Source: a virus
DNA: 64,000 nucleotides
IMG/VR virus record: IMGVR_UViG_3300029286_000030
Strand: one strand, 5' to 3'
Shown here: one piece after another, positions 55,713 through 64,000 of the stretch
Numbering within the stretch: position 1 is the stretch's first letter
Layout of the letters: each line of letters opens with the position of its first letter
Program-made: the position numbers and the translations under genes
The notes under the pieces: model-generated
What the model saw: only the letters and a program-made list of their open reading frames with translations
Databases searched by the model: none
What the model was told of the DNA's origin: nothing

Positions 55713-56597
55713 TTATTCTTCGTCAAAAATAGATCCAAGGCCGTTCCAGAACTCTTTTTCTCGTAATTTTCGTATATGCATTTCTGGTTTTTTAAAGGTT
55801 TTTTTAATAATAGATTTATTAATAGGACTTGGTTTTGGTCTTATTTTAGCATATTCATTCAATTCTTGTTTTATATCAAATTTTTCATTTGAATGAACTC
55901 TTTCCCGAGAAATCTTTGGGCGCTTAACGGGCTCTATATCAATTATAGGTTGAATAACTTTGGGGTTAATAGGAGATAGCATCATCTTATCCAAAAAAGG
56001 ATACATCTCTTCTTCAGGAATTTCTTTTCTACTATGAGGGACATATGTGCCCGCATTTATTTTTTCAATATTTCTAATTTGTTCATTCATTCGTTCCTGT
56101 TTATGGCTTGGAACTCTGGGTCCAACAATATCTATTCCTTCATAATCTTTATTATATCTAAATGCATCCATAAATGAAGTATCAATTACTGCCGAATTTG
56201 CATAATCTTGTGGTAAACTTAACAAGCTGTTAGGCGCCACACGATTTTCTTTTGGAAAAATTATAGGATTAAATGAAGTTGGTGGTATATGTTTTGTTGT
56301 TTTTTTATCCTGTTGACCCATTACTGCATCAAGAATATCCGATTGATCTAAAAGTTCTGATTGAGATACTCGTGTAACTCCTTCTGTATGTATTTGTGGC
56401 GGCCCAGGAAATAATGATTTTTTTAATTTAGACCAAGCTTTTTTACTTGGTGTATTTTCATTTTGATATTTTTCTGCAATTTTTGCTCTAAGTTTAAAAC
56501 GATCCTCTTTAGGTGCTCTTTCAATTTCTTCAATATCATCAAGAGAAAATTTTTCTTCTTCATCTTCTACAATTTCATCTTCTTCCATAATTAGCAC
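55713..56597 (-). CDS. Hypothetical acidic protein (294 aa)
   Basis: ORF. Confidence 0.5.
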   Translation of the reverse strand: MLIMEEDEIVEDEEEKFSLDDIEEIERAPKEDRFKLRAKIAEKYQNENTPSKKAWSKLKKSLFPGPPQIHTEGVTRVSQSELLDQSDILDAVMGQQDKKTTKHIPPTSFNPIIFPKENRVAPNSLLSLPQDYANSAVIDTSFMDAFRYNKDYEGIDIVGPRVPSHKQERMNEQIRNIEKINAGTYVPHSRKEIPEEEMYPFLDKMMLSPINPKVIQPIIDIEPVKRPKISRERVHSNEKFDIKQELNEYAKIRPKPSPINKSIIKKTFKKPEMHIRKLREKEFWNGLGSIFDEE

Positions 56598-56739
56598 TCC
56601 TTACAATCGCACGCACACCACCATGGAAATGGACCGCACTTACGTTCTTTTTCTTTTGGTAATTCAGTAATTGCCTGTGCGCAGGAATCACATATTAAAC
56701 TCATTTTTGGTGCAATCTTTCCGCAATACATACATCTAT

Positions 56740-57495
56740 TCATAATGAATTTATCCCCTCTTGTAATTCATTAATCATTGATTTTTTCTTTTCAATATAT
56801 CTTTTATTTGAGTCATACATCTTTTTTCTAACTTCTGGGCGTTGATAATATTCTTTGTAATATTCCTTTTTATGTTGTTTTGTTTCTGGTTTTTTATCAT
56901 ATTCTTGCCTACTAAATTTTAATCTTAAATCATTTTTTATTTCTTTTAATTCTTTAAGTTTTTCGGGGGTAAATTCAGTTCCTTCTCTCCATCCTGGATA
57001 AAAATCATCCATAGATTTTTCAAATTTTTCTTGTTTTGATAATGCAGCTTGGTTTTTATTTTTGTAATAATATTCAGATATTTTTTCTTTATATTCTGGA
57101 TGTTGTATAATATATTCTCTACGATTTTTATACATTCTTTCTTTAACTTCTGGCCGGTTATAATAATGTTTTTGATATGCTTTAACTTCAGGGGATTGTT
57201 GATATTCTCTATTTTTTATTTCAGAAATAGACCTGCTAATTTCTTTTTCATTAGTATCGTTATAAGGAAATATCATTTCTTTTCTTAATTCTAATGGTTG
57301 TTGATATATAATTGGATTTAACAAACTTTCTCTTTCATCAATTGGAGTTGGTGTAAGTAATTTATCATAATCAGTAAAAGATCTATCTAAAATACCCATT
57401 GATTTTAACGTATTAACATCCAAGTTTGATTTTGGTTGAGGTTTCTGTTGCTCAACAATATCATCAGCCATTTGATCTAGATCCATTTCATTCAT
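56740..57495 (-). CDS. Hypothetical Lys/Glu-rich protein (251 aa) with N-terminal MNEMDLDQMADDIVEQ leader
   Basis: ORF; shared leader motif. Confidence 0.5.
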   Translation of the reverse strand: MNEMDLDQMADDIVEQQKPQPKSNLDVNTLKSMGILDRSFTDYDKLLTPTPIDERESLLNPIIYQQPLELRKEMIFPYNDTNEKEISRSISEIKNREYQQSPEVKAYQKHYYNRPEVKERMYKNRREYIIQHPEYKEKISEYYYKNKNQAALSKQEKFEKSMDDFYPGWREGTEFTPEKLKELKEIKNDLRLKFSRQEYDKKPETKQHKKEYYKEYYQRPEVRKKMYDSNKRYIEKKKSMINELQEGINSL

Positions 57496-57794
57496 AATTC
57501 GCTCATCGCCGTATTTACTGCAGCTCCCAAATCTTGCTGCTCCTGATTATATTCATTTTGTTTTTTCTTACGAACTAATTCTGAATCAATATATCCGAGT
57601 GCAGTTCCTGCAACTAATCCTGGAACACCAAACGGAACATATGCTGCAGCAAAAAGGGTTTCTCTTGTAATTAAATCTTTTACATTTTGTTTATCTAATC
57701 TAATCCTATCCTCTTCATTCATGTCTGCTAAATTAGAAGCCCAAGGTTGGATTAATTTTTTTGGTTTTCCAGTATATTCAAATTGATTTTCCAT
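57492..57794 (-). CDS. Small protein (100 aa) with C-terminal hydrophobic/Gly segment
   Basis: ORF, 4-nt overlap. Confidence 0.45.
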   Translation of the reverse strand: MENQFEYTGKPKKLIQPWASNLADMNEEDRIRLDKQNVKDLITRETLFAAAYVPFGVPGLVAGTALGYIDSELVRKKKQNEYNQEQQDLGAAVNTAMSEL

Positions 57795-57817
57795 AATATA
57801 TTTAAGGAATTGCTTAC

Positions 57818-58021
57818 TTATAAACCTTTTGGATTAGTTGGCCCAGGCAACAAAATAATTTTTTTCTTAAAAACCCAATGTGGAAGTTTATTCCTTTTTT
57901 GCCGTTGTTCTTCTTTACTCTTAAGTTCATTTACTGTTTGAAATTCGGCACCGACAGGTTTAATTATTGTTGGAGTTCTTTGTTTTCGTTGTGGCCCAGT
58001 CATAAAAAGAATTATCCCCAA
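57818..58021 (-). CDS. Small basic protein (67 aa)
   Basis: ORF. Confidence 0.35.
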   Translation of the reverse strand: MGIILFMTGPQRKQRTPTIIKPVGAEFQTVNELKSKEEQRQKRNKLPHWVFKKKIILLPGPTNPKGL

Positions 58022-58815
58022 ATCGGAGCTTCTTTAAATTTTAATCTATTAAGTGCTCGTTCTGTTTCATTTTCAGGATCTTTATATGCATTGCGTAAAA
58101 AATAATCACCATAATATCCTAATTGTTCCGTTAATGATTCTTTTTCTATGTCTTGACTTACTTCTTCTCTATCTTTTAACATTTGATCTCTATTTTCAAA
58201 TGGTATGGTTTCTTGTTTTAATCTCTCTCTAAAATCTTTTGGAATTTGTTTATTATAAAAAAATTTATCAAATAATGCAACACTCGGTTCAGATTTTACC
58301 CGAGATACTGGATTATTAAATTCCATTCGGCGCTGGCGTTGATGAGTATCTTCATGCATTACATCCCGATAAAATTCTTGTTGATCTACCCATTTAAATG
58401 ATTTTGGTGGTTGAACGGCAATTTGATCAAGCCCAGCGTGATAAACTCCCCTTGTTGGAAGATTATTAGGATTTGTAATTTTTTCATTTGGTATATTTTT
58501 AGATTTATTATAATCTCCGGGCAATTTATTCATGTCAAAAGTTTTTCGTGCAGGATGATCTTTCCACATATCATTTAAATATTTTTCTGGATTTTTGGCA
58601 ACAATATAATTTTCTGGTAAGGCACCAGTCCCTCCTAACTCACGTACACCAAAATCATCATTTTCAGATACTTGTTTTGGAGTTCTATAAATAATATCAA
58701 AATCATTTTCCTGTAAATCAGTCATATTATTTATTTTAATATCTCTCAAATCGTTAATTTTTTTCTTATGTTGGTCTTGTTCAAAAATATCAGATGCTAT
58801 TTGGTCTAGATCCAT
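58012..58815 (-). CDS. Hypothetical protein (about 267 aa) with N-terminal MDLDQIASDIFEQ leader; ATG start (ORF-track GTG at 58824)
   Basis: ORF; shared leader. Confidence 0.5.
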   Translation of the reverse strand: MDLDQIASDIFEQDQHKKKINDLRDIKINNMTDLQENDFDIIYRTPKQVSENDDFGVRELGGTGALPENYIVAKNPEKYLNDMWKDHPARKTFDMNKLPGDYNKSKNIPNEKITNPNNLPTRGVYHAGLDQIAVQPPKSFKWVDQQEFYRDVMHEDTHQRQRRMEFNNPVSRVKSEPSVALFDKFFYNKQIPKDFRERLKQETIPFENRDQMLKDREEVSQDIEKESLTEQLGYYGDYFLRNAYKDPENETERALNRLKFKEAPIWG

Positions 58816-58820
58816 AAAAA

Positions 58821-59453
58821 TCACAATAATTTATCTAAATTTTCTTCAAGTAATTTCCATTGGGTTAATGATTTTTTTCTAGGATATTCCATTTCATAAT
58901 TTTGCAGGCCACGTTTATTAGGTATATTTTTTTCATAATTACTATAATATTCTTCTCTATTTGGTGGAAATAAATGAATTGATAACGCAGGAATTTTTTT
59001 ATTAAAATATGGCGGTTCAACTCTATATCCTTGTTCTTTATGCCATTCAGTGCCTTTAATTATTTTATCAATATTTTGTGGATTTTTAAATAATATATAT
59101 GGTGATGCGATATCTCCGGGATCAATACAATGTCCAGGATATTCATATCCTGCACAACTTGCAATAGTGGCATATCCTTTTTTATTCATTTTTTCAATAA
59201 CAGGTAAAATTCTTTCATCTGCAGTATTAAAATTTTCACTTGGTATGGGAGAAATATTTTTTCTATGTTTTGGAGTAAATATATCATCTAAAATATTATT
59301 ATGTACATATGGTGTAAATACTTCTTTATGATTTGGTTCCAATTGATTCTCTATAACGCCATATGGTGAAGTGTTTGACAATTTATTTATTCTGGGATGA
59401 TTTTGTTGCCCCATTACATCATCGGCCATTTGATCTAGATCCATTTCATCCAT
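58821..59453 (-). CDS. Hypothetical protein (210 aa) with N-terminal MDEMDLDQMADDVMGQ leader
   Basis: ORF; promoter TTTATAAA 25 nt upstream. Confidence 0.5.
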   Translation of the reverse strand: MDEMDLDQMADDVMGQQNHPRINKLSNTSPYGVIENQLEPNHKEVFTPYVHNNILDDIFTPKHRKNISPIPSENFNTADERILPVIEKMNKKGYATIASCAGYEYPGHCIDPGDIASPYILFKNPQNIDKIIKGTEWHKEQGYRVEPPYFNKKIPALSIHLFPPNREEYYSNYEKNIPNKRGLQNYEMEYPRKKSLTQWKLLEENLDKLL

Positions 59454-59475
59454 ATAATTAAATAGATATTTCTTA

Positions 59476-59492
59476 TTTATAAACCTTTCTAA
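59476..59492 (-). promoter_or_regulatory. BRE/TATA promoter (minus reading AGAAAGGTTTATAAATA), first transcription unit leaving the strand-switch region
   Basis: Motif and spacing. Confidence 0.5.
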
Positions 59493-59522
59493 ATATTATA
59501 CCCTAATAATAATTCAATGTTT

Positions 59523-59544
59523 GGGGCGAAGCCCGGGCCCGGCC
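59523..59544. repeat. GC-rich palindromic element ggggcgaagcccgggcccggcc (GGGC-GAA-GCCC hairpin + 10-bp perfect palindrome ccgggcccgg)
   Basis: Strong GC island in AT-rich intergenic DNA. Confidence 0.7.
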
Positions 59545-59582
59545 ATTCGGAAATTCCTAATAGTTCAATTTATGAGAATATT

Positions 59583-59654
59583 AGTGGGACCTAACTTCCC
59601 AATTCCACATTTTACTGGGACCATTCCGCGATTTGGGCCATTATAATAATTCAA
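59583..59654. repeat. Copy 1 of ~72-bp imperfect direct repeat (about 80% identity with 59728..59800)
   Basis: agtgggacctaacttcccaattccacattttactgggaccattccgcgatttgggccattataataattcaat vs copy 2. Confidence 0.75.
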
Positions 59655-59727
59655 TTCTGCGTTATGTATACATTAACCTGTTTTAACCCACCTAACCTTC
59701 AGGGGTGTAAGGTATGCATCCGAGTTT

Positions 59728-59800
59728 AGTGGCACCTAACTCCGAAATTCCGTATTCTACTAGGGCCATTTGGCGATTTGAAGTATTATAATCTTTCAAA
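59728..59800. repeat. Copy 2 of ~72-bp direct repeat
   Basis: Alignment to 59583..59654. Confidence 0.75.
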
Positions 59801-59834
59801 TGAAGTAAATGAAGCGAATGAAGTGAATGAAGTA
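59799..59834. repeat. Iteron-like tandem 9-mer x4 (aatgaagta aatgaagcg aatgaagtg aatgaagta)
   Basis: Four head-to-tail 9-bp units with conserved AATGAAG core. Confidence 0.8.
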
Positions 59835-60046
59835 AACCTGCATCAATCCCACTGCCTGGATTATAATGTGATCTGAATTTATATAAATCTAGCGTGGATC
59901 GACTGGATATGAGGGTACTAGCTGTTAGCTACTAGGCCTAACTACTGAAAAATATATAAAATTGTTATATAAAATTATAATTTTAAAATATTCCCGCCTA
60001 TCCCGACAAAAAGAGCTGTTTTAAAAATTGGAATGAAAAAATATTT

Positions 60047-60064
60047 TCTATCTATTTGGATAGG
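60047..60064. repeat. 18-bp box tctatctatttggatagg (CTATC-N6-GATAG), left arm of inverted repeat pair
   Basis: Reverse complement of 60221..60237 (17/18). Confidence 0.75.
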
Positions 60065-60113
60065 TTTTAATTAAAATTACTAGCTGGGGGTTGACTAAAA
60101 AATGGGTATAGGG

Positions 60114-60170
60114 TAATAATAATAATAATAATAGTATTGAATATAATGAATAATAATAACTAAAAAGTAT
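60114..60170. repeat. (AAT)n microsatellite / AT-only tract, candidate DNA-unwinding element
   Basis: gggtaataataataataataatag... between the inverted boxes. Confidence 0.6.
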
Positions 60171-60220
60171 CAAAATAATGAATTTATAAAAGACAAAAAT
60201 GACTAAAAAATTGAATAATT

Positions 60221-60237
60221 CCTATCCAAATAGATAG
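60221..60237. repeat. Right arm of the inverted repeat pair, cctatccaaatagatag
   Basis: Reverse complement of 60047..60064. Confidence 0.75.
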
Positions 60238-60261
60238 TTTTTATTTTTTCTAAATTTTTTT

Positions 60262-60294
60262 AAAACCCGCACTTTTTGGTTATCTGGCGGGTTT
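60262..60294 (+). other. Hairpin aaacccgc-N17-gcgggttt followed by T-run; terminator-like or regulatory stem-loop at edge of plus-strand gene block
   Basis: 8-bp GC-containing inverted repeat then tttatttta. Confidence 0.35.
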
Positions 60295-60365
60295 ATTTTA
60301 TAATTATAATAATTAAAATACATACATTTATAAAGGGTATGATGTATAATATATATGGTGATATA

Positions 60366-60614
60366 ATGTCAAATAAGATAATTGCGATAACAGATGTTCA
60401 AAAAAGTAAAATGGATTTATTAAAAAACGCCTATATTTATAAAACAAAAAAACATATAAAGTGGGTACCGTTCATAGATGTTGTATTAGGAATAGTTGAG
60501 GTCGAAATTAAAAAAATGCCAGATTTTGTAGATCCAGTAATTAAAGAAGACACATTAGAATCAGAGGGTGTTATTGAAGTACCAGAAGAACAGGACCCGA
60601 ATTACAGTGATTGA
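60366..60614 (+). CDS. Small protein (about 83 aa); ORF-track start at 60276 uses TTG and is probably an artefact
   Basis: ATG at 60366 (MSNKIIAITDVQK); TATA-like TTTATAAA at 60327-60334. Confidence 0.4.
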   Translation: MSNKIIAITDVQKSKMDLLKNAYIYKTKKHIKWVPFIDVVLGIVEVEIKKMPDFVDPVIKEDTLESEGVIEVPEEQDPNYSD

Positions 60615-60829
60615 TTATGGATGAACAAACCACAGGAATTACAACTCTACATATTCGGAAGCAACAGGATATGAAATTAAATGCATTAATGCAAACATAT
60701 ATACAAAAGACATTGGTAAAGAAGAAAAAAGTAGATTTTTTTGATACGGTATTAGAGATGATTGAAGAAAAAATAACTTCTATGCCAACTGCAGAAAGGA
60801 ATGAAAACGGTAAAATTGTTTATAAGTGA
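60611..60829 (+). CDS. Small protein (72 aa)
   Basis: ORF with 4-nt overlap with upstream gene. Confidence 0.4.
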   Translation: MIMDEQTTGITTLHIRKQQDMKLNALMQTYIQKTLVKKKKVDFFDTVLEMIEEKITSMPTAERNENGKIVYK

Positions 60830-60835
60830 TCAAAA

Positions 60836-61519
60836 ATGAATGATTTATCAAAGGATGAAATAACACAACGTATAAATGAAGGCACAATTACTAATGCCGA
60901 GTTATTAATGATTCCTGGAAGATATATTGGAAGAATACCTGGTGAAACAGATTGGCACGATGTTGAATGGGTAACTAAACAATATAAGGACGATTTATTA
61001 AAACTAAAAACATTAAAAGAAGAAAAAAAGAATATATGCTCAGATGAATTTAAAAAATCACATTATATTCAGATTAAAACAATACATACACGATTAAGAT
61101 TGAAGCGAAACTATAGAGATAAAAATCGCAGAGTAAAAGATTTAAAATTTAAAACAATAACTGGATTAAGATCAATTATGCGAAATGCTATATTATATGG
61201 AACTGATAACCCAAGATTACTCCGATATTTGGGGTGTACTCCAGAACAGGCAAAAACCTATTTGGAAAAACAATTTAAAGAAGGTATGGTTTGGGAAAAT
61301 ACTGCAATTGATCATATAATTCCATTAATATCATATAATCCTTTTGATCCTATTCAAATGGAAAAAGCATTTAATTTTAGAAACTTACAACCTTTATTTA
61401 AAAGAGACAATTCCGTAAAAGGAACTAAATTCTCTCCGGAATCCAAAGCCGCCTACGATAATTCTTTTGTATATAATGATGGGGAGTTAAAATACATCGG
61501 CCCAAACATAGGTTTTTAA
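60836..61519 (+). CDS. HNH endonuclease paralogue (plus strand)
   Basis: NTAIDHIIPLISYNPFDP...NFRNLQPLFKRDNSVKGTKF. Confidence 0.75.
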   Translation: MNDLSKDEITQRINEGTITNAELLMIPGRYIGRIPGETDWHDVEWVTKQYKDDLLKLKTLKEEKKNICSDEFKKSHYIQIKTIHTRLRLKRNYRDKNRRVKDLKFKTITGLRSIMRNAILYGTDNPRLLRYLGCTPEQAKTYLEKQFKEGMVWENTAIDHIIPLISYNPFDPIQMEKAFNFRNLQPLFKRDNSVKGTKFSPESKAAYDNSFVYNDGELKYIGPNIGF

Positions 61520-61542
61520 GGTTGGTGGAGTATTGATTATAT

Positions 61543-61869
61543 ATGGGTAAGGATATATTAACAACATTAATGAAAGAAAATAATACTCTTTATAAAGAAG
61601 GATACAAGAAACTAAATAAAAAAAATAATAAGACCAAAAAAAGAAAAACATTAAGTGCATCGGCTAAAATAATTATATGGGAAAATAATCCTCATATATG
61701 CCATATTTGTAGAAAAAAAATTTTAAAATTATCTGAAACAGAATTTGATCATGTAAAAGCATTTTCAAAAGGTGGAACAAAATTAAAATTATCACACAAA
61801 TTATGTAATAGAGTTAAAAGTGATAAATCATTAAAATCAATAAGACATGTATTAGGAATAAAAAAATGA
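61543..61869 (+). CDS. Minimal HNH endonuclease (108 aa)
   Basis: CHICRKKI...EFDHVKAFSKGGTKLKLSHKLCNRVKSDK. Confidence 0.7.
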   Translation: MGKDILTTLMKENNTLYKEGYKKLNKKNNKTKKRKTLSASAKIIIWENNPHICHICRKKILKLSETEFDHVKAFSKGGTKLKLSHKLCNRVKSDKSLKSIRHVLGIKK

Positions 61870-61875
61870 TTAACT

Positions 61876-62673
61876 ATGGTTGAAGATTTAATGTCGCGAT
61901 CAATGAGAGGTTTTCAAAGATCACAAAAACATCTTGAAAAACAAGCATTTAAATCTACTTGGGCGAGACCATCCCCTAATCCAATATTTAGACCTAAAAT
62001 ATATAACCCAATAATTAAACAAAATAGTTTTATACGGCAACCTATTATAATAAATAAAACAACACCTATAATATTAAATACACCGCGAACATGTGTGATA
62101 TGTGGAAATGAATTAAGAAGTAGAAAAAAATATTGTTCTAAATGTAGACCTTGGGGAACAAAAATATCATTTGGTAATATTTTCCGTGGTGGAGATAATT
62201 ATGATTCAGGATGGGGAATAATTTTTTTATTAGCAGGTATTTTTCTCTTATTTGCAGCGGTTTTTTATGCGGCATACTTATTTATAAATTGGTTTACTGC
62301 TTGGCTTGCCGCAAATATTATAAGCATTTGTGTAATTCTTATAATTGGAGGAGTATCAACTTTCTTAATCTCTAAAAAAATACTTAAAAATTCATTTCCA
62401 GAATTTAATATGGAAAAAGATCTTTTACAAAATTTTGTAACTTTAGTAGGATTAATAATTTCAAGTTCTATTATTGGATCAATATTAATTATAATATTAG
62501 CGTATATATTATATTTATTAATTTCATCTATAATTGCTGATATTATTTTTGTTATTATTATTGGTATTATTATATGGTTCATATTTAAAAAATATAATAT
62601 AATAAACAAGATAAACCCTCCAAAAATACCAGTAAAAACATATAAATACACATTACCATTAATTGAAGAATAA
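61876..62673 (+). CDS. Zn-ribbon + polytopic membrane protein (265 aa)
   Basis: CVICGN...CSKC then four or more TM helices. Confidence 0.5.
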   Translation: MVEDLMSRSMRGFQRSQKHLEKQAFKSTWARPSPNPIFRPKIYNPIIKQNSFIRQPIIINKTTPIILNTPRTCVICGNELRSRKKYCSKCRPWGTKISFGNIFRGGDNYDSGWGIIFLLAGIFLLFAAVFYAAYLFINWFTAWLAANIISICVILIIGGVSTFLISKKILKNSFPEFNMEKDLLQNFVTLVGLIISSSIIGSILIIILAYILYLLISSIIADIIFVIIIGIIIWFIFKKYNIINKINPPKIPVKTYKYTLPLIEE

Positions 62674-62711
62674 ACCACAACTTTATAAACACTTCGCAGC
62701 ACTGATTAGAT

Positions 62712-63242
62712 ATGGATAAATTAGTAATTATTCTATTGATACTAATATCTGGGGCCCTAGGCTTCTTGTATTTTGGTGTTAATACGCAAATGGCAGATTT
62801 AAAACAAACAGTAATTTCAACACAACCAATTATAAATACCCAGTCTTGCGACCTAAGTATCATTGAAGCGAAACTGAACGGATTGGATGATGAAGAAAAC
62901 AATACACAATCCCAGGTATTTGTATTGGCCTCATATATGAGTAAATATCCTGTTGATAATTTTGAACTTTGGGATGCACATTTTAAATCTATTGATAATA
63001 GTTTAGTAACTCTTTGGGGATATACAGATTTAAAAAATAAAGGGGCTATGGCAGGTGCATATAATTCTGAAGGATATATGGTAATTGGTAGTACTGAAGG
63101 TATTAGTGAACTTAAAACATGTCAAGTATTTTTGCACGAACTTGGGCATAAAGTATGTTACCAAAATTTAAAAAACTACACAGAGTCGTGCGCGGAAGAA
63201 TATAAAGTTAAAAATTTATTTAGATGTGAGGGATTGAATTGA
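62712..63242 (+). CDS. Membrane-anchored small protein with HExxH motif (FLHELGHKV), putative minimal metallopeptidase
   Basis: N-terminal TM; HELGH; same architecture as 41413..41844. Confidence 0.45.
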   Translation: MDKLVIILLILISGALGFLYFGVNTQMADLKQTVISTQPIINTQSCDLSIIEAKLNGLDDEENNTQSQVFVLASYMSKYPVDNFELWDAHFKSIDNSLVTLWGYTDLKNKGAMAGAYNSEGYMVIGSTEGISELKTCQVFLHELGHKVCYQNLKNYTESCAEEYKVKNLFRCEGLN

Positions 63243-63292
63243 TTCGATATTTGAGGAAGCCTTATAGATGCGAAAGATTTTTAGAAGATGAT

Positions 63293-63712
63293 TCACTTTA
63301 ATCCGTATAATTCACCAGTATTCATATCAACTCTATTTCCTTTCAAATCATATGCATAATTATCAGCGCTTTTTATAAAATATCTTCCTTCTGTTCCATA
63401 TACCTGATTAGCTTCAATTAGTTTAGGTAAATTGATTGTTTTAGCTCCACCGGTTGTTCCAAGTGGATTATATGTTGGTATTGTTTTTTCGGTAGATATT
63501 ATATTTGAACTTGGCCGTGCATTAGCTTGTTCAATCATTTGGGATTGTACAACATTTTGAGATACTTTCCCATAAATATTCCCAATTCCAATTATATTTT
63601 GTGGGGTCATATCCATTTGTTGTGGAACTCCTAATTGTTTTTCAAACGAATCAACCATTTCATTTCTTGGAAGTTCTCCTCTATAATATTTATCTAAATA
63701 ATATGCTTTCAT
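63293..63712 (-). CDS. Hypothetical protein (139 aa); the minus-strand reading frame may continue beyond the window end
   Basis: ORF. Confidence 0.4.
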   Translation of the reverse strand: MKAYYLDKYYRGELPRNEMVDSFEKQLGVPQQMDMTPQNIIGIGNIYGKVSQNVVQSQMIEQANARPSSNIISTEKTIPTYNPLGTTGGAKTINLPKLIEANQVYGTEGRYFIKSADNYAYDLKGNRVDMNTGELYGLK

Positions 63713-64000
63713 TTCGGTGCCAAGAAGCTGTTTAGGAATCCAAGAATATAGAGGCCCATTTACTTCTGTTAATTTTCCTTCATTATAAGCTTGTTGTGCT
63801 GGTTTAAATCCTGGAGTAATTCCTAATGTGTCTGTTACTAATTGTACAGGATTACTAAAATCTTGTACATGACTAGTTTCATGTATTAATGTACCAGGTT
63901 TATTTCCTTCTGTTGATGATTGAATTGAAACTGTTTTTGTAAATGGATTTGCTAGTCCACCAGCCTCTTTAAAGATAGGAACATTTTTTACATACTCTGT

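Noticed and set aside
60276-60365. TTG-initiated N-terminal extension of the first plus-strand gene
   Set aside because: It runs through the hairpin/T-run and the TATA-like element. The in-frame ATG at 60366 is more plausible.
1-64000. Eukaryotic giant-virus (NCLDV) origin, suggested by giant repeat proteins, HNH expansion, PolB and glycosylation genes
   Set aside because: The promoter architecture (BRE-TATA 23-25 nt from the ATG, leaderless), the class-III signal peptide, the short XPF and the archaeal-style UppS motif favour an archaeal host. No introns, mRNA-capping genes or NCLDV core genes were seen, and the Alg7-type GPT is shared by archaea.

Overview
The window is AT-rich and densely coding. 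About 59 kb is transcribed from the minus strand, with a strand switch at roughly 59.5-60.3 kb. A recurring motif, GAAAGG-TTTATAAA, sits about 23-25 nt upstream of many start codons, so transcripts are essentially leaderless. This, together with an Alg7/AglH-type GlcNAc-1-P transferase, an archaeal-style IPDGNRRYA UppS, a class-III (KG|QGS) signal peptide and a short XPF nuclease, points to an archaeal virus or large mobile element rather than a eukaryotic giant virus or a cellular core region.

Recognisable content:
- **Replication module:** a compact family-B DNA polymerase and an AEP primase-SF3 helicase fusion.
- **Giant secreted or virion-type proteins:** a Kelch-like propeller, a 2362-aa protein with a beta-helix and tandem repeats, and a 2501-aa protein with an embedded NUDIX motif and a tandem ~460-bp coding repeat.
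- **Translationally coupled operon:** HldD epimerase, heptose-7-P kinase, APRT, MTA phosphorylase and an upstream cupin.
- **Glycosylation-carrier genes:** UppS and the GlcNAc-1-P transferase.
- **RNA module:** a Ro60 (TROVE+vWA) orthologue with a GC-rich structured ~100-nt leader that could be a Y-RNA-like RNA, and RtcB elsewhere.
- **Membrane modules:** LemA-TPM and SPFH/YbjQ.
- **Nucleases and small proteins:** short XPF, an Hjc-like nuclease and many zinc-ribbon mini-proteins.
- **tRNA:** a tRNA-Leu(UAA).
- **Homing endonucleases:** at least seven HNH paralogues with lysine-rich N-terminal repeats, plus a NUMOD3-type endonuclease next to rtcB.

The strand-switch intergenic region (59.45-60.3 kb) carries 9-mer iterons, two ~72-bp direct repeats, a GC palindrome, inverted CTATC-N6-GATAG boxes and an (AAT)n tract. 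It is the best origin-of-replication candidate. No capsid or terminase gene is recognisable in this window.
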